From contig OZ024741.1 in NCBI GenBank assembly GCA_964016885.1, positions 337,714,001 to 337,778,000 of the forward strand: a DNA stretch of 64,000 nucleotides. Direction: 5' to 3'. The notes under the pieces were generated by a model. That model made no database searches. It was not told the origin of the DNA and saw nothing but the letters and a program-made list of their open reading frames with translations. Both the position numbers and the translations under genes were made by a program. Source of the stretch: Eledone cirrhosa. Taxonomy: Eukaryota. Numbering within the stretch: the first letter of the stretch is position 1; each line of letters starts with the position of its first letter. Of this stretch, positions 24,270 to 37,062 are shown one piece after another.

Positions 24270-24545
24270 TCATCATCACCATTGTTTGATATTAGCTTTA
24301 CCATGCTTGCATGGGTTGGACAAGTCTTTGCCACCACAGCTTCCCTCCATTCATTGCAGTCCTTTGTCCTCATCTCAATAACCTTCAAAGGTTTCAGATC
24401 AGCTCTCATCTCCTCTCCCAGGTCTTCCTTAGCTTTACTGCAGCTTCTTTCCACTGGGATTTCATGGCTCTTCTTCACCCAGTAATCATCAACCATACAC
24501 ATAACATGTCCATACCAACTCTTCTCTCTACATCTCATTTATTCT
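24270..24545 (-). mobile_element. Decayed RTE 3' end
   Basis: WYGHVMCMVDDYWVKK...EWREAVVAKTCPTHAS, then a GAT-rich tail. Confidence 0.8.
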
Positions 24546-24549
24546 CTAA

Positions 24550-25071
24550 CTAGCAGTAAAGCCCGGCGTTGCTCGGGGTCGCTCAGTAGCTGTGTTAAAG
24601 TTACAATGTTAAGTTTCTTTTTTGGCTTAAAAACTGTAGTGTCTACTGTGCAGACTTGCATGTGGTGTTTTTGATTAATATTCCCTCAACCAACAATATG
24701 CCTTATGAAGTTAAGAAAACATAACGATAACCCGAATGTTATAACAAAAGAGGATGCTGGGGATAAAAACTGCACTGGTTATTTATTAACAAAGATCAAA
24801 AATGTAAACACTGCAACGCAGAGAAAAACAACGTAAGACGCTCAATGTAAACAGAACAAAGGGAAATAACTCGTCACTTACGCTCAAAAATCAATACATT
24901 AGATTCGATTTCGTCACATAGGGTGGGTCAATTTGAAATATTTTTTTCCGATGTCTTCGCTAGGGCTCAATGTACAAGCATAGCAATTTCGGTGCAATTC
25001 CGTCAGAGATTCTAAGAGGAGATGTGTGCCAAAAATCGATAGACAGACAACCACAGCTTTATATATATAGA
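24550..25071 (-). mobile_element. Non-autonomous Helitron (about 520 bp)
   Basis: Minus strand A|TCTATATATATAAAG ... CCCGAGCAACGCCGGG hairpin ... CTAG|T; canonical ends, inserted between A and T. Confidence 0.8.
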
Positions 25072-25529
25072 TTAATGTAATGACATAATTACTAAAAATC
25101 TGTTTGAGGCAAAATTCTTCAAAATAATTTCACAAATTAATCAGCTTTACCATGTTTGGAAAATATTTCATTTGATTAAAAGTTGGTTAATTAGAGCAGT
25201 GAAAACATTTTTAATTAGGGCAAGCTGTTGAGATTCTACTTTGGTCAGTTGTCTTTAAATTAAGAGGAAACAGGAAATGTTCCACTAACTTATATTTATA
25301 CTAAGATTTCATATATGGCCAGGTGGTTAACAAGTTCACTATGCAACCATGTGATTTCAACCATAACCCAACTGTGTGACACCATGGACAAGTGTTTACT
25401 CATATTGTCTCAGGTTGACGAATGCTTTGTGTTGGGGCAAATACTGACAAAAACCTGTGAAAGTTATATATATATATATAAATATGACTTGGCAAGCTAA
25501 TTAGAACACTGGATTAACCCCTTTACTTC

Positions 25530-25564
25530 TCTCTGAAGAAGAGATATTATCTTGAAATATAAGG
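25530..25564 (+). ncRNA. Minimal hammerhead motif
   Basis: TCT-CTGAAGA-A-GAGAT-att-ATCTT-GAAA-TA-TA-AGG. Confidence 0.55.
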
Positions 25565-25713
25565 ATATTCAAATAAATTTAAGGTAAAAGACTATTTGTC
25601 AGCAATATCTTTTGCATTTGTATTTATATTCTATATCCATACCTGCATTGTTCTGGCCTTCTAACTCCAAACGTTTATATATAAATATATATATATATAT
25701 ATATGGGGAGGGG

Positions 25714-25755
<42 letters not shown>

Positions 25756-26075
25756 TACATACATAAATATATATATAATGTGGAAAGTGATATATATAAT
25801 AAGGCTTGCAAGCAGGGAAAAGCAGCCATAAAATAATGATGATGATGATGAAGGCTAAATAATGCAAAATGGATCGTAAGATGAAGGTAACGGAAAAGTT
25901 AATTACCTGGTAATTTTGGGGTTTTTTGTTGATATTGTTTCTTTCCTCCTATATATATATATGAGTGTGTGTGTGTGTGTTAGGTGTGTAACTACAGTTA
26001 CAGGTAGTGTGTCGTTCGAAACGCTTAATGTTGGGTTGTATTCCAAGGTGGCTGTAGTGTACAGAATGTAAATAA

Positions 26076-26381
26076 AGTAAGTAGAATCAAAGTCAGTGTT
26101 GCAGCATATGTACAAACTTTATTGGCATATTACAATTGTTTCAATATTGATCAGCTCAGGGTACAATCAAAATGATGGCGACCAACTCTTCTTTAAGTTT
26201 ATATGTACAAAGACACATCTGATGTCTTTGTACATATAAACTTGCATATCTGACGAGATATTGGAGAAGAGTCAGGCACCATCATTTTGATTGAACTCAG
26301 AGCTGATCGATACCAAAACAATTGTAATATGCCAATAAAGTTTGTACATATGCTGCACCACTGACTTTGATTCTACTTACT
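26076..26381. repeat. Diverged inverted repeat with nested hairpin (26195-26243) and hammerhead motif (26244-26332, plus)
   Basis: GCATAT-CTGACGA-long helix II-AAAA-CAATTG-TA-ATATGC; the opposite arm retains GAAA-CAATTG-TA-ATATGC. Confidence 0.8.
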
Positions 26382-26612
26382 CTCTCTCTCTCTATATATA
26401 TATATGTAGAGAGAGAGAGAGAGAAAGAGTGAAGAATAACATGGTCGGCTGTACAAAAAGGGTTTTATTTTACAGTATTAACAATTGCTTCATTGATCAG
26501 GTGAGTCTAAAGGCTGCTAATCACTCAAAATTGCATCACTCGATCTTAAATACAGTGTGTCTCTGATCAAATCATCGGAATATTCCGATGATTTGATCAG
26601 AGACACATACGT

Positions 26613-26703
<91 letters not shown>

Positions 26704-26959
26704 TTAATGTCTTTTAACCTAGGGATTTAATAAACAGAGATCGATTAAATAAGAACGAGGGGAGGGGGGGGGGCTGAGTGCTGATATGATTGGTGAGTGA
26801 ATCCTTGAAGACAGTGCCACAACATGGCTGCTGAAATCCAATGTTTGAAATCAGACAATGACTAAAAGAATGGAATTAAATACTGTTTTTTGATACCTTC
26901 TCCCTTCTCTACTTTCTTTCATAGTGGAGTGGAGTTATATTAACGCTTTTCATGCTAAA

Positions 26960-28040
26960 CTGCCTGTAATGTCCTAGATTATATGATACAGAACTATCTA
27001 CATTTTATTTTTAAAGTGTTTATTTTTATTTAAATAGCTTCCATCATAATTTTATGTAAGAATATAAAATTATGATGGAAGCTTTTTCAAGTTTTAAATT
27101 ATGCTTCAAACATCTCTGTTTCTATAATGTAGAACTATTGTGTTTTTTTAAGTGTTTATTTAAAATCTTCCATTATAATTTTATGTAAAAACCTTTGTTA
27201 AGTTATTTTTCAAAAATCCCTGGTTCTATGTTACAGAACTTTCATTTTTTTAAATTATTTAAAAATCTTCCATCATAATTTTATGTAAATACCTTTGTTA
27301 AGTTATGTTTCAAAATCTTGGTTCTATGTTACAGAACTACCATTTTTTTAAATTATTAAAAATCTTCCATCATAATTTTATTTAAGAACCTTTGTTAAGT
27401 TATATTCCAAAGGCCCCCTGGTTCTATGATAGAGAACTATCTTCTTTTTTTAAGTGTTTATATCTATATAAAAACTTTCCATCATAATTTTATGTAAGAA
27501 CTATTAAGTTATGTTCCCTGGTTCTGTGATTTTTTTAAAATAGAGATTATATTTATTTAAAACCTTCCATTATAATTTTATGTAAGAGTCTTTGGTAAGT
27601 TATGTTCCAAACACCCACTTTATAGAGAGAAAGTTCATTACATTACTAAATCCTACTAAATTCTTGATAATTCTCAAAAATATTTGAAAATCATAGGCAG
27701 TGTCTTTCATTAGAAATATGGCAGCAAAAGGGATAAAATGTTTATATTTATCTAAAAACCTTCCATCATAATTTTAAAGTTAATTTAGTTATATTACTAA
27801 AGCCTTCTAACATCTTGATTATTTTCAAAATGGACTAAAAATCAGAGGCAGTGGCAACTTTCATTAGAAATATGGAAACAAAAGTGTTAAAATGTTTATA
27901 TTTATCTAAAAACCCACTCCATCATAATTTTGTTTAAGAACCTTTGCTAAGTTATGTTCCAAATAGCTACTTAATAACGAAAAAGTAATTACTAAAACCT
28001 GCCAAATTCTAAAATCATTTTCTAAATAATTTGAAAACCA
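26960..28040 (+). repeat. Degenerate tandem array (about 85-90 bp unit) of the ccatcataattttatgtaag family
   Basis: Motif repeated about 9 times; local fold-back at 27037-27084. Confidence 0.75.
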
Positions 28041-28605
28041 TAGTTTACTGAGTTTTGTACTGACAAACATTATCGATATACATTTTATATGTATTGATTA
28101 AACCTAAAATTAACTTACAAAAATAACCCAGTACACACTGTAAAGTGGACCTGTAGGGTCAACAAAAAGCACCCAGTACTCACTGCGAAAGAGGTTGGCA
28201 TTAGGAAGTGCATCCAGCTGTAGAAACCAAGCCAGAGTCAGTTCTGCATGAGCAAGATATGGTCAGCTGACCTGGCATTGCTCACAACAGGACAACTAGT
28301 CTAACCCATGCTAGCATGGAAAATTGGACATTAAACGGTGATGATGATGATGATACATATATATATATATATAATAAGAAAATGCAAAGTAATTTCAGAT
28401 GTTAAAGTCCTTTAATGATAAGGCTGTGATACATATTTCAATGACGACAGTGGCCACGCGATTCCGCCTAACCAGTGCCATGATCTCATCAGACAGCTTC
28501 TTACATAATAATTTATGTTCTCAAGGCAATCCAAATTATAATGACAAGGGAACAGATAAAGATTATGTTCTTGAAGCCTTCACCTCTTCCGTGCGTGTGT
28601 GTGTT

Positions 28606-28636
<31 letters not shown>

Positions 28637-28714
28637 TACATATATATATATTTTAGAATGCTAATTGTGAGCATTACTATATATATATATAGTAATAATA
28701 ATATATATATCATC

Positions 28715-28773
<59 letters not shown>

Positions 28774-29200
28774 TGGTATTTGTCCTCATCAGAAACTATT
28801 CAACTCTTGATATAGCAATGATGACATACAATGCAGGTGTATGATTCTGGACCAAAACATGACTCATTCTCACTGAAAAATCTAATTGCCTGCTAAAGGC
28901 ATCAGGGAGGAGGGGTGGCTGTACTTCCGCCCCCCCCCCCCCCCCCCCCCCCCCCACCTCCATCTTCCACCCCAGTCACACTCCAGCTCCAACCCCCACA
29001 CACTTCCTAGCACCACAACTCTGAACCCCAACCATAACACCATTATTACTATACATACACTGGGATAATTGCTGGCCTTGTGCCAAACGTAGAAACAATT
29101 ATTACTACACACACACATATATATATATATATATCAGCAGCATCATTTTTACGGCCTATATATATATCTTATATATATACAGACACATGTGTTTTATGTT

Positions 29201-29231
<31 letters not shown>

Positions 29232-29479
29232 GTCACATGTGTTTTATGCGTGTGTGAGTGTATGTATTTTTCTCTTTTTGCTATCATTCTATGACAAGCT
29301 TCAGCAGCCCTGCTTTTGGCCCCAGCACTCACACACACACACATACATGTATACATACATACATATATACATACATATATACGTACACACATGCAAACTT
29401 GAACACAGACAATTACACAGAAGTACTTCACTTACACACTCTCTCACCACAGACACATACACAGACTTTTTTTAAGAGG

Positions 29480-29910
29480 CCAGCTAACCAACCCACTTTC
29501 CAGCTAGCCAGCAAATAACCAGACAACCAACCTGCACACCAGCCAGCCAACCAACCAACCAGCCACCTGAGCCGTCAACCGGCCAGCCAGACAGTCAAAC
29601 CAACAAACAGCCAACCCCTTCAGCCAACCAACCGACCTGCCTAGTACACTGCCAGCCAGTCATCAGCCATCAGTTCAGCTTCTACCCAGCCAGCCATCTA
29701 GCCATCCACCCAGTCATGCACGCATCAAGGCCAGCAAACCAGCCAGCCATACACCCAACCTCTCAACCAGCCAGCCATTCACACAGCCAGAAAACATCCA
29801 GCCAGCTATCTAAACAGCCAGCCAACCAGCCAGCCAGCCAAACGAGCAGTCCCCTACCACGCAACGAACCAGCCAACTAACCAGCTGACAAACCATCCAA
29901 CCAGCCAGTT
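29480..29910 (+). repeat. Degenerate (CCAG/CCAA)n tract
   Basis: Direct reading. Confidence 0.85.
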
Positions 29911-30239
29911 ATTCTTCCTCTCATAGACAAAGCATAATAACCTCCCACAGCCATCAATAACATCATTTAAGACTGACTCTCTTAACTCAGCAGCAGCAGA
30001 AAGCAGGAACTTTTGTCAACAACACTGAACGTCCTGCCACAATTAGTAAGTGAAATAGCTTTTCATTTCTTTGTTCTATTCGTTGATAAACTTATTAAAT
30101 AGATGTATCTAATGTTAATAATTGTAGAGTTTTGTAGCAATGAATCGTATTAATTTTTATAGGAAAAACGTGGAACATCTTAGTAATATATTAACATAAA
30201 ACTTTTATCTGAATTCCATATATATTAATAAATAATGAT

Positions 30240-30322
<83 letters not shown>

Positions 30323-31074
30323 TCTCTCGCTCTCATCTTCCCTCTTTCTTTCTCTCTCTCACACACAAATACAGACATGCACACCACACACACACACACA
30401 CACACACACATGTATATTATGCAAACTATCTTTCTCTTTATCATACACACACACAAACACAACCATACATGTGTATGTGTGTGTGAACTCTTTTATTTCA
30501 ATCAGTGGACTGTCTCCATGCTGGGGCACTGCCTTGATTTAGACAATCAAATCGACCCTAACAGTTATTTTTCATAGTCTGGTACTTATATTATCAATCC
30601 CTTTTTTGTTGGACCGCTAAGTTATAGGACATAGATACAGACAGACACAAATGTAAACACATACACACACGTGCTTTTCATTAAAAAAAAAATGTTCTGT
30701 TCCCTCCCCTTCTCACTCTTTAACTTTCTATTTCCTCTTTTATTTCTCATTCTATCGTTTGATGAAAGACTAGTGTCCAAAACATTAAGACTCTTTTCCT
30801 ATTATATCAAGCATTAAATTAATATGTTTCTTCATTGCATTGTGTCATTTGCTCTGTTGTTTCCAGTTACTTTTTGCGTACATATATACATATATATATC
30901 ATCATCATCATCACCATCGATTAACATCCATCTTCCACACTAGCATGGGTTAGACGGGTCCTATTTTAAGGCAAATTGTGTCGGGTGACAGTGTCTCACT
31001 CAAATAGGGGTGTTTCTGACTGGTTTTCTACGGTTGGATGCCCTTCCTATCGGCAAATACATTTACAGAGTCGA

Positions 31075-31855
31075 ACACCATGCTTTGAAGCATAGAGTTA
31101 CGTCCCTTTATGATCTGAGTTCAAATCCCGCCGAGGTTAACTTTGCCTTTCATCCTTACGGGGTCGATAAAATAAAGTACCAGTAATGTACTGGCTAATT
31201 GCTGGCCTTGTGCCTAAAATAGAAACAATTATTATTATGATGATAATAATTGTTTCTACTTTTGGCACAAGGCCAGCAATTATCCAGTGCATTACTGGTA
31301 CTTTATTTTATCGGCCCCGTAAGGATGAAAGGCAAAGTTGACCTCGGCGGGATTTGAACTCAATAATAATTGTTTCTACTTTTGGCACAAGGCCAGAAAT
31401 TATCTGGTACTTTATTTTATCGACCCCGTAGGGATTAAAGGCAAAGTTAACCTCGGCGGGATTTGAACTCAGACCATAAAGGGCCGTAACTCTTTGCTGC
31501 AAAGCACGGCGTCTGACCCTCTACCGACACCGCAAATGATGATAATAATAATAATTGTTTCTACTTTTGGCACAAGACCAGCAATTACCCAGTGCATAAC
31601 TGGTACTTCATTTTATCGGCCCCGTAAGGATGAAAGGCAAAGTTGACCTCGGCGGGATTTGAACTCAATAATAATTGTTTCTACTTTTGGCACAAGGCCA
31701 GCAATTACTCAGTGCATAACTGGTACTTCATTTTATCGGCCCCGTAAGGATGAAAGGCAAAGTCAACCTCGGCGGGATTTGAACTCAGATCGTAAAGCGA
31801 CGTAACTATGCTGGAAAGCATGCCGTCCGACCCTCTACCGATACTGACAATCCAC
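31075..31855. mobile_element. Cluster of five tRNA-SINE copies (one plus, four minus)
   Basis: Plus 31075-31235; minus about 31248, 31368, 31552 and 31673; joined by (AAT)n tails. Confidence 0.85.
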
Positions 31856-31958
31856 CAATGATAGTGAGTAAGTAAAATCAAAGTTATATATATATATATA
31901 TATATATGTAAATGTGGTTGGCGTTATGAAGGCCATCCAGCCATAGAAAACCAGCCAG

Positions 31959-32011
<53 letters not shown>

Positions 32012-32572
32012 GTATGTGTGTGTGTGTATAAATCGTATTCTACCTGGTTGTGGTGGAGTTAATAACATTGTTAGAACTCAATGCATCCTTGGAAAGATGT
32101 TTGCAGCGAGATTAGGCAGTGTGACCAGTAGTTTTTGTGGTAGGTGATCATCACTTCAGGTACAGCTAATTGAACAGGAATTTTGTGACTAGAAATAGGT
32201 AATAACTTAACCACTACCATGCTAGTCGATATGTCGATCTTCCACACTCAATCGACCCTCTGAAACAATTGTAAAACAATGAACTAATTAACTGACTACA
32301 TTGGATTGGACTCCTGTCTTTTTTTTCATTGTTCTATGCACAAACACATACATCATCATCATCATCATCATCATTATTTTACGTCCGCTTTTCCCTGCTT
32401 GCAAGGGTTGGACGGGTCCTATTCAGCACAGCATCTCTCCACTGTCACAGTCCTTCGTCATCTCCTCAGTGAGTTTCAGCGATCTGAGGTCTGCTCTCAC
32501 CACCTCCGCCCATGTTTTTCATGGTCTACCTCAACTGCGTCTTCTTTCTACTGGGATTTCTTATATATATAT

Positions 32573-32604
<32 letters not shown>

Positions 32605-32996
32605 CATCATCATCGTTTACCGTCTATCTTCCACACTAGTGTGGGTTAGACGGGAATTGTCCCACTTGAGGCAAGATAGGTCGGATGACTGTGTCTTGCT
32701 CGTATAGGACTATCTGGTAGGTTTTCTGCAGCTGGATGCCCTTCCTAACACCAACCACATTCACAGTGTGGGCTGGGAGCTTTTTACTGTGTTACCTATA
32801 TGTATATATATATATATATATGTAATAAAGAATTTATATCTAGTAACATATATATACATACAAATGCATATTGATGCTAGCAAATATATAGGTTTTGTCT
32901 TAATAACATTGTGGTTCAATGCATGGGGTTGCAGAACAATAATATAAGAGATGTAAGATAAGAAAATTATAAAATTAACTTACTTACTAAAATATC

Positions 32997-33078
32997 ACTT
33001 CCAACTAATTAGTTTCTGGAATGGAGTAGATACATCTTCCGAAGAAGGTGTAGAGAAACATCCCGTCATCAGGGAAGT
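32997..33078 (-). ncRNA. Hammerhead motif with extended helix II
   Basis: ACTTCC-CTGATGA-C-GGGATG...CATTCC-A-GAAA-CTAATTAG-TT-GGAAGT; 6-bp helix I and 8-nt palindromic helix III. Confidence 0.8.
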
Positions 33079-33664
33079 CAATTCTCATATAAGTTTCCAG
33101 GCAAAGCGAGGACACTGGAAGCTTATTAAAAAATAAATCAGTGAATAGGAAATAGCAAAGCGTGGACTTACTTCCTAGCCATTGAGAAAATCACTGCCTC
33201 TGTGTCCGTGGCAAATTCAAAAAGAATCGAACACGTGACGTCGAGGTCAATCGGTGGAAAGTGGGTTGTTAATAAGACAGCAGCCAGCCTACTACAGTAG
33301 CAGCAGTCATGGCCAGTATTGCTCGACAAATATTTTGGAGATAATAATAAAGAATTTATATCTAGTAACATATATATACATACAAATGCATATTGATGCT
33401 AGCAAATATATATATATGTATGTATATATATATATATATCATCATCATCATCATCATCATTGTTTAATGTCCATCTTCCTCATATATATACACACACTGC
33501 CAATGGGCTTCTGCCATTTCTGTCTACCAAGGTATTGGTCAACCCTAAGCTATAGTAGAAGACACTTGCCCAAAGTGTCACGCAGTGGAATTGACCCTAT
33601 TACCAACTAGTAGTAAAGCTAACTCCATATAATCACTTGACCTAAGGTTATGGTGAATGCCAAA

Positions 33665-34235
33665 GATATCACTCCGATGTCTTTGTGATACAGCTTGGTG
33701 TCAGCAACCAGATCTATTGACCTCATAAACTCCAATGTCTTTGTGATACAGTTTAGTGTCAGAAACCAGATCTGTTGGCGTCACAAACTCTGATGTCTTT
33801 ACGATACAGTTTGGTGTCAGGGACCAGATCTGTTGGCCTCACAAACTCCGATGTCTTTGTGATACAGTTTAGTGTCAGAAACCAGATCTGTTGGCGTCAC
33901 AAACTCTGATGTCTTTGTGATACAGTTTGGTGTCAGGGACCAGATCTGTGGGCCTCACAAACTCCGATATCTTTGTGATACAGTTTGGTGTCAGGGACCA
34001 GATCTGTTGACTTCACAAACTCTGTCTTTGTGATACAGTTTGGTGTCAGGGACCAGATCTGTTGGCCTCACAAACTCTGATGTCTTTGTGATACAGTTTG
34101 GTGTCAGGGACCAGATCTGTTGGCCTCACAAACTCCGATGTCTTTGTGATACAGTTTGGTTTCAGCAACCAGATCTGTTGGCCTCACAAACTCTGATATC
34201 TTTATGATACAGTTTGGTGTCAGGGACCAGATCTG
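33665..34235 (+). repeat. 58-bp minisatellite, about 10 copies
   Basis: Unit gatgtctttgtgatacagtttggtgtcagggaccagatctgttggcctcacaaactcc. Confidence 0.95.
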
Positions 34236-34644
34236 GAAAATGAAGATATCACAGAAATTTCCCGTTTTGAGGACATAATATGGACAGACAGCAGAAATGA
34301 AAGCTATTCCAGAAACATTCCAAATATAACACTTCAAATAGTAGAAGGATCACTGGTCTAAGTGTGTGGAGGTAGAAGGAACCACCTTCGAAGGAGATTA
34401 CCACTAGAATCCCATTAATTATGTATTTCAAGCCAAAGGTTGGTTACTTTTCTACAACCTTCATCATCATCATGTTTATCTTGACTTTTCCGTGCCATCA
34501 TGAGTTGGACAGAACTTTTGAGGGCAAACTCTTACAGCTGTAGTTTTTTCTTACAACATGCAGGGATACATCATACCTATTTTAAAAACCAATACATATA
34601 TATATATAAATATATATATAAATATATATATACATATATATATA

Positions 34645-35530
34645 AATGGGCGTTGTGTGCAGAGGGTGTGCGCAGACTGGAGAGGAACGAGGCTTGCATG
34701 CTCCGCTGGATGTGTAATAGTAATATACATGAACGGCAAAGCATAAGCGAACTAAGGAAAAAATTAGAAATAAGAGGGATCGGATGTTGTTTACTCGAGA
34801 GAGGGCTGCGTTGGTGTGGTTGCGTGATGCGCATGAAAGACGACAGCTGTATAACAAAGTGCAGGGCAATAAAGATAGACGGTAGCTACGGAGTAGGCAG
34901 ACCCAGAAAAACCTGGGACGAGCTGATAAATTCCGACCTCACGCGCTTGCACCTCTCCAGGACAATGTCACTGGACCGAGACCTTTGGCGGTACTCAGTG
35001 ATGGAGAAGACCCGCCTTACCTAAATACAAAGTAAAACCTACTACAGTCAGTAGGCATCTCTAACAAAATACACCCCCGTCCCACCACCCCCACCCCATC
35101 CACACCGCCCCTTTCAATGTGGGGTTGTGTTGGTGCCACAGCATCCGGGCCGAAACAAATGAGATCGTGTAGGTGTCATGACAAAAAAAACACACAGTCC
35201 ACGCTGCAATGTGGTCGTGTAGGCAACACGGTAAAAACCTGCCAGCCCCACACTGTAAATGTGGTTGGTGTTGGGAGGGGCATCCAGCTGTGGAAAACCC
35301 GCCAGACAGTCCACGCTGTAATGTGGCCATGTGGGTAACACGGTAAAAACCTCCTGGCCCCACACTGTAGGTGTGGTTGGTGTTTGGAGGGGGGCATCCA
35401 GCTGTAGAAAACCCGCCAGACGGTCCTATGCAAGCAAGACAACCACTCTTGCCTCAAGTGGGAAAACCCCCGTCCAAACCCATGCAAGCGTGGAACACGG
35501 ACGTTAAACGATGATGATGATGATGATGAT
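34645..35530 (+). mobile_element. RTE family B 3' fragment with duplicated 3'UTR module
   Basis: WALCAEGVRRLERNEACMLRWM...EKTRLT*; 3'UTR; (GAT)n tail; (TA)n on both sides. Confidence 0.92.
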
Positions 35531-35538
35531 GATATACA

Positions 35539-35610
<72 letters not shown>

Positions 35611-35640
35611 AAAGAATAGAGGTGTAACACACGAGTTATG

Positions 35641-37008
35641 ATATATTGGTAAAAGGAAAAGAAAATGTTGACAAATTGTTCCCAGTGAAAAATAGTTTAA
35701 TTAGGAATAAGTAAAAATTAGTAATAAGTATTGGTTAGTATTCAGTTTTGGTTTTAAGTTTTTACCGGTTGCGCATTTCTAATGCTTTTCAAAAATAATT
35801 TTGAGATAGAGCGCCCGTGATGTTTGCTCTAATCTGATTAGTTTTGGAAATTCTACCTGTTTTATGTGAAAAAAGTGGCTCCAGATGTATTAAAATAAGT
35901 TTCGCGCCAATTCGTGTTGCAAAAATTCTTGTGGGCAAAACAATTTTGATGGTCGGTAGAGGTCATGTGAATGTTAAAAATTGATTTTGCGCCAAATGTA
36001 GGTTTGTCTAGGCTGATTGAGAAGTTACTGAAAAATAAGTCTTTTAAGACAAATATGTGTGTGTGTGTGTGTAGTAGTAGTAAAGAGGTTCATTGTTGTG
36101 ATAATGGTCAATAGGGATGTGTGTGTGAATTGCAGTCATGTTGACAGGTCAACAGTTCAGGTGCCTATTAAAACAAGTGTGTGTGTGTGTGTCTGTGTGT
36201 GTAGCAGAGTAATTCGTGGTAGAGGGATCGGTCAGTAGGAATGTGTCTGTACGTGTGTGGGGGATATTTTAACATGTTAAAAGATATTTTTCAGCTCCTG
36301 TCTTATACGGAGAAGTGTGTGTGTGTGTGTGTGTGTATGTCTCTTTGTATGTTAGTGTACGCGTGTGTATATCTGTGTCTGTATATATGTGTGTGTATGT
36401 GTGTGTGTGTGTGTGTATGTGTGTGGGTGGACCAGTATTTTTGTGATACTGGTAAAAATGGTGTACATTATTCGATATTTTCAGTAAAAACGATTCTCTC
36501 AATAGAACATCAAAAACCCTAATAATAAAAGATGTGAAATGATATATAGTATTGTCATAACACCAAGGTGTGAGTGTCCAGATTGTACGTACTCACATAC
36601 ATATTTGTCTTAAAAGACTTATTTTTCAGTAACTTCTCAATCAGCGGAGACAAACCTATATTTGACGCAAAATCAATTTTTAACATTCACATGACCTCTA
36701 CCGACCAATCAAAATTGTTTTGACCACAAGAATTTTTGCAACACGAATTGGCGCGAAACTTATTTTAATACATCTGGAGCCACTTTTTTCACATAAAACA
36801 GGTAGAATTTCCAAAACTAATCAGATTAGAGCAAACATCACGGGCGCTCTATCTCAAAATTATTTTTGAAAAGCATTAGAAATGCGCAACCGGTAAAAAC
36901 TTAAAACCAAAACTGAATACTAACCAATACTTATTACTAATTTTTACTTATTCCTAATTAAACTATTTTTCACTGGGAACAATTTATCAGCATTTTCTTT
37001 TCCTTTTA

Positions 37009-37017
<9 letters not shown>
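35641..37017. repeat. About 420-bp inverted repeat (35641-36058 / 36599-37017) with about 540-bp spacer; each arm carries a hammerhead-like motif
   Basis: Arms are reverse complements with few mismatches; motif at 36863-36898 plus: TTT-TTGAAAA-GCAT-tagaa-ATGC-GCAA-CCGG-TA-AAA. Confidence 0.9.

Positions 37018-37059
<42 letters not shown>

Positions 37060-37062
<3 letters not shown>

Noticed and set aside
28399-28590. ag|ATG-starting ORF with a DDSGH-like word, resembling a Pcdh middle exon
   Set aside because: The DDSGH word is in a different frame, there is no YEELPG or GTAAG donor, and the island is flanked by (TA)n like the other inserts.
33665-34235. Possible CRISPR-like array
   Set aside because: Contiguous 58-bp units without unique spacers; eukaryotic context; no cas genes.
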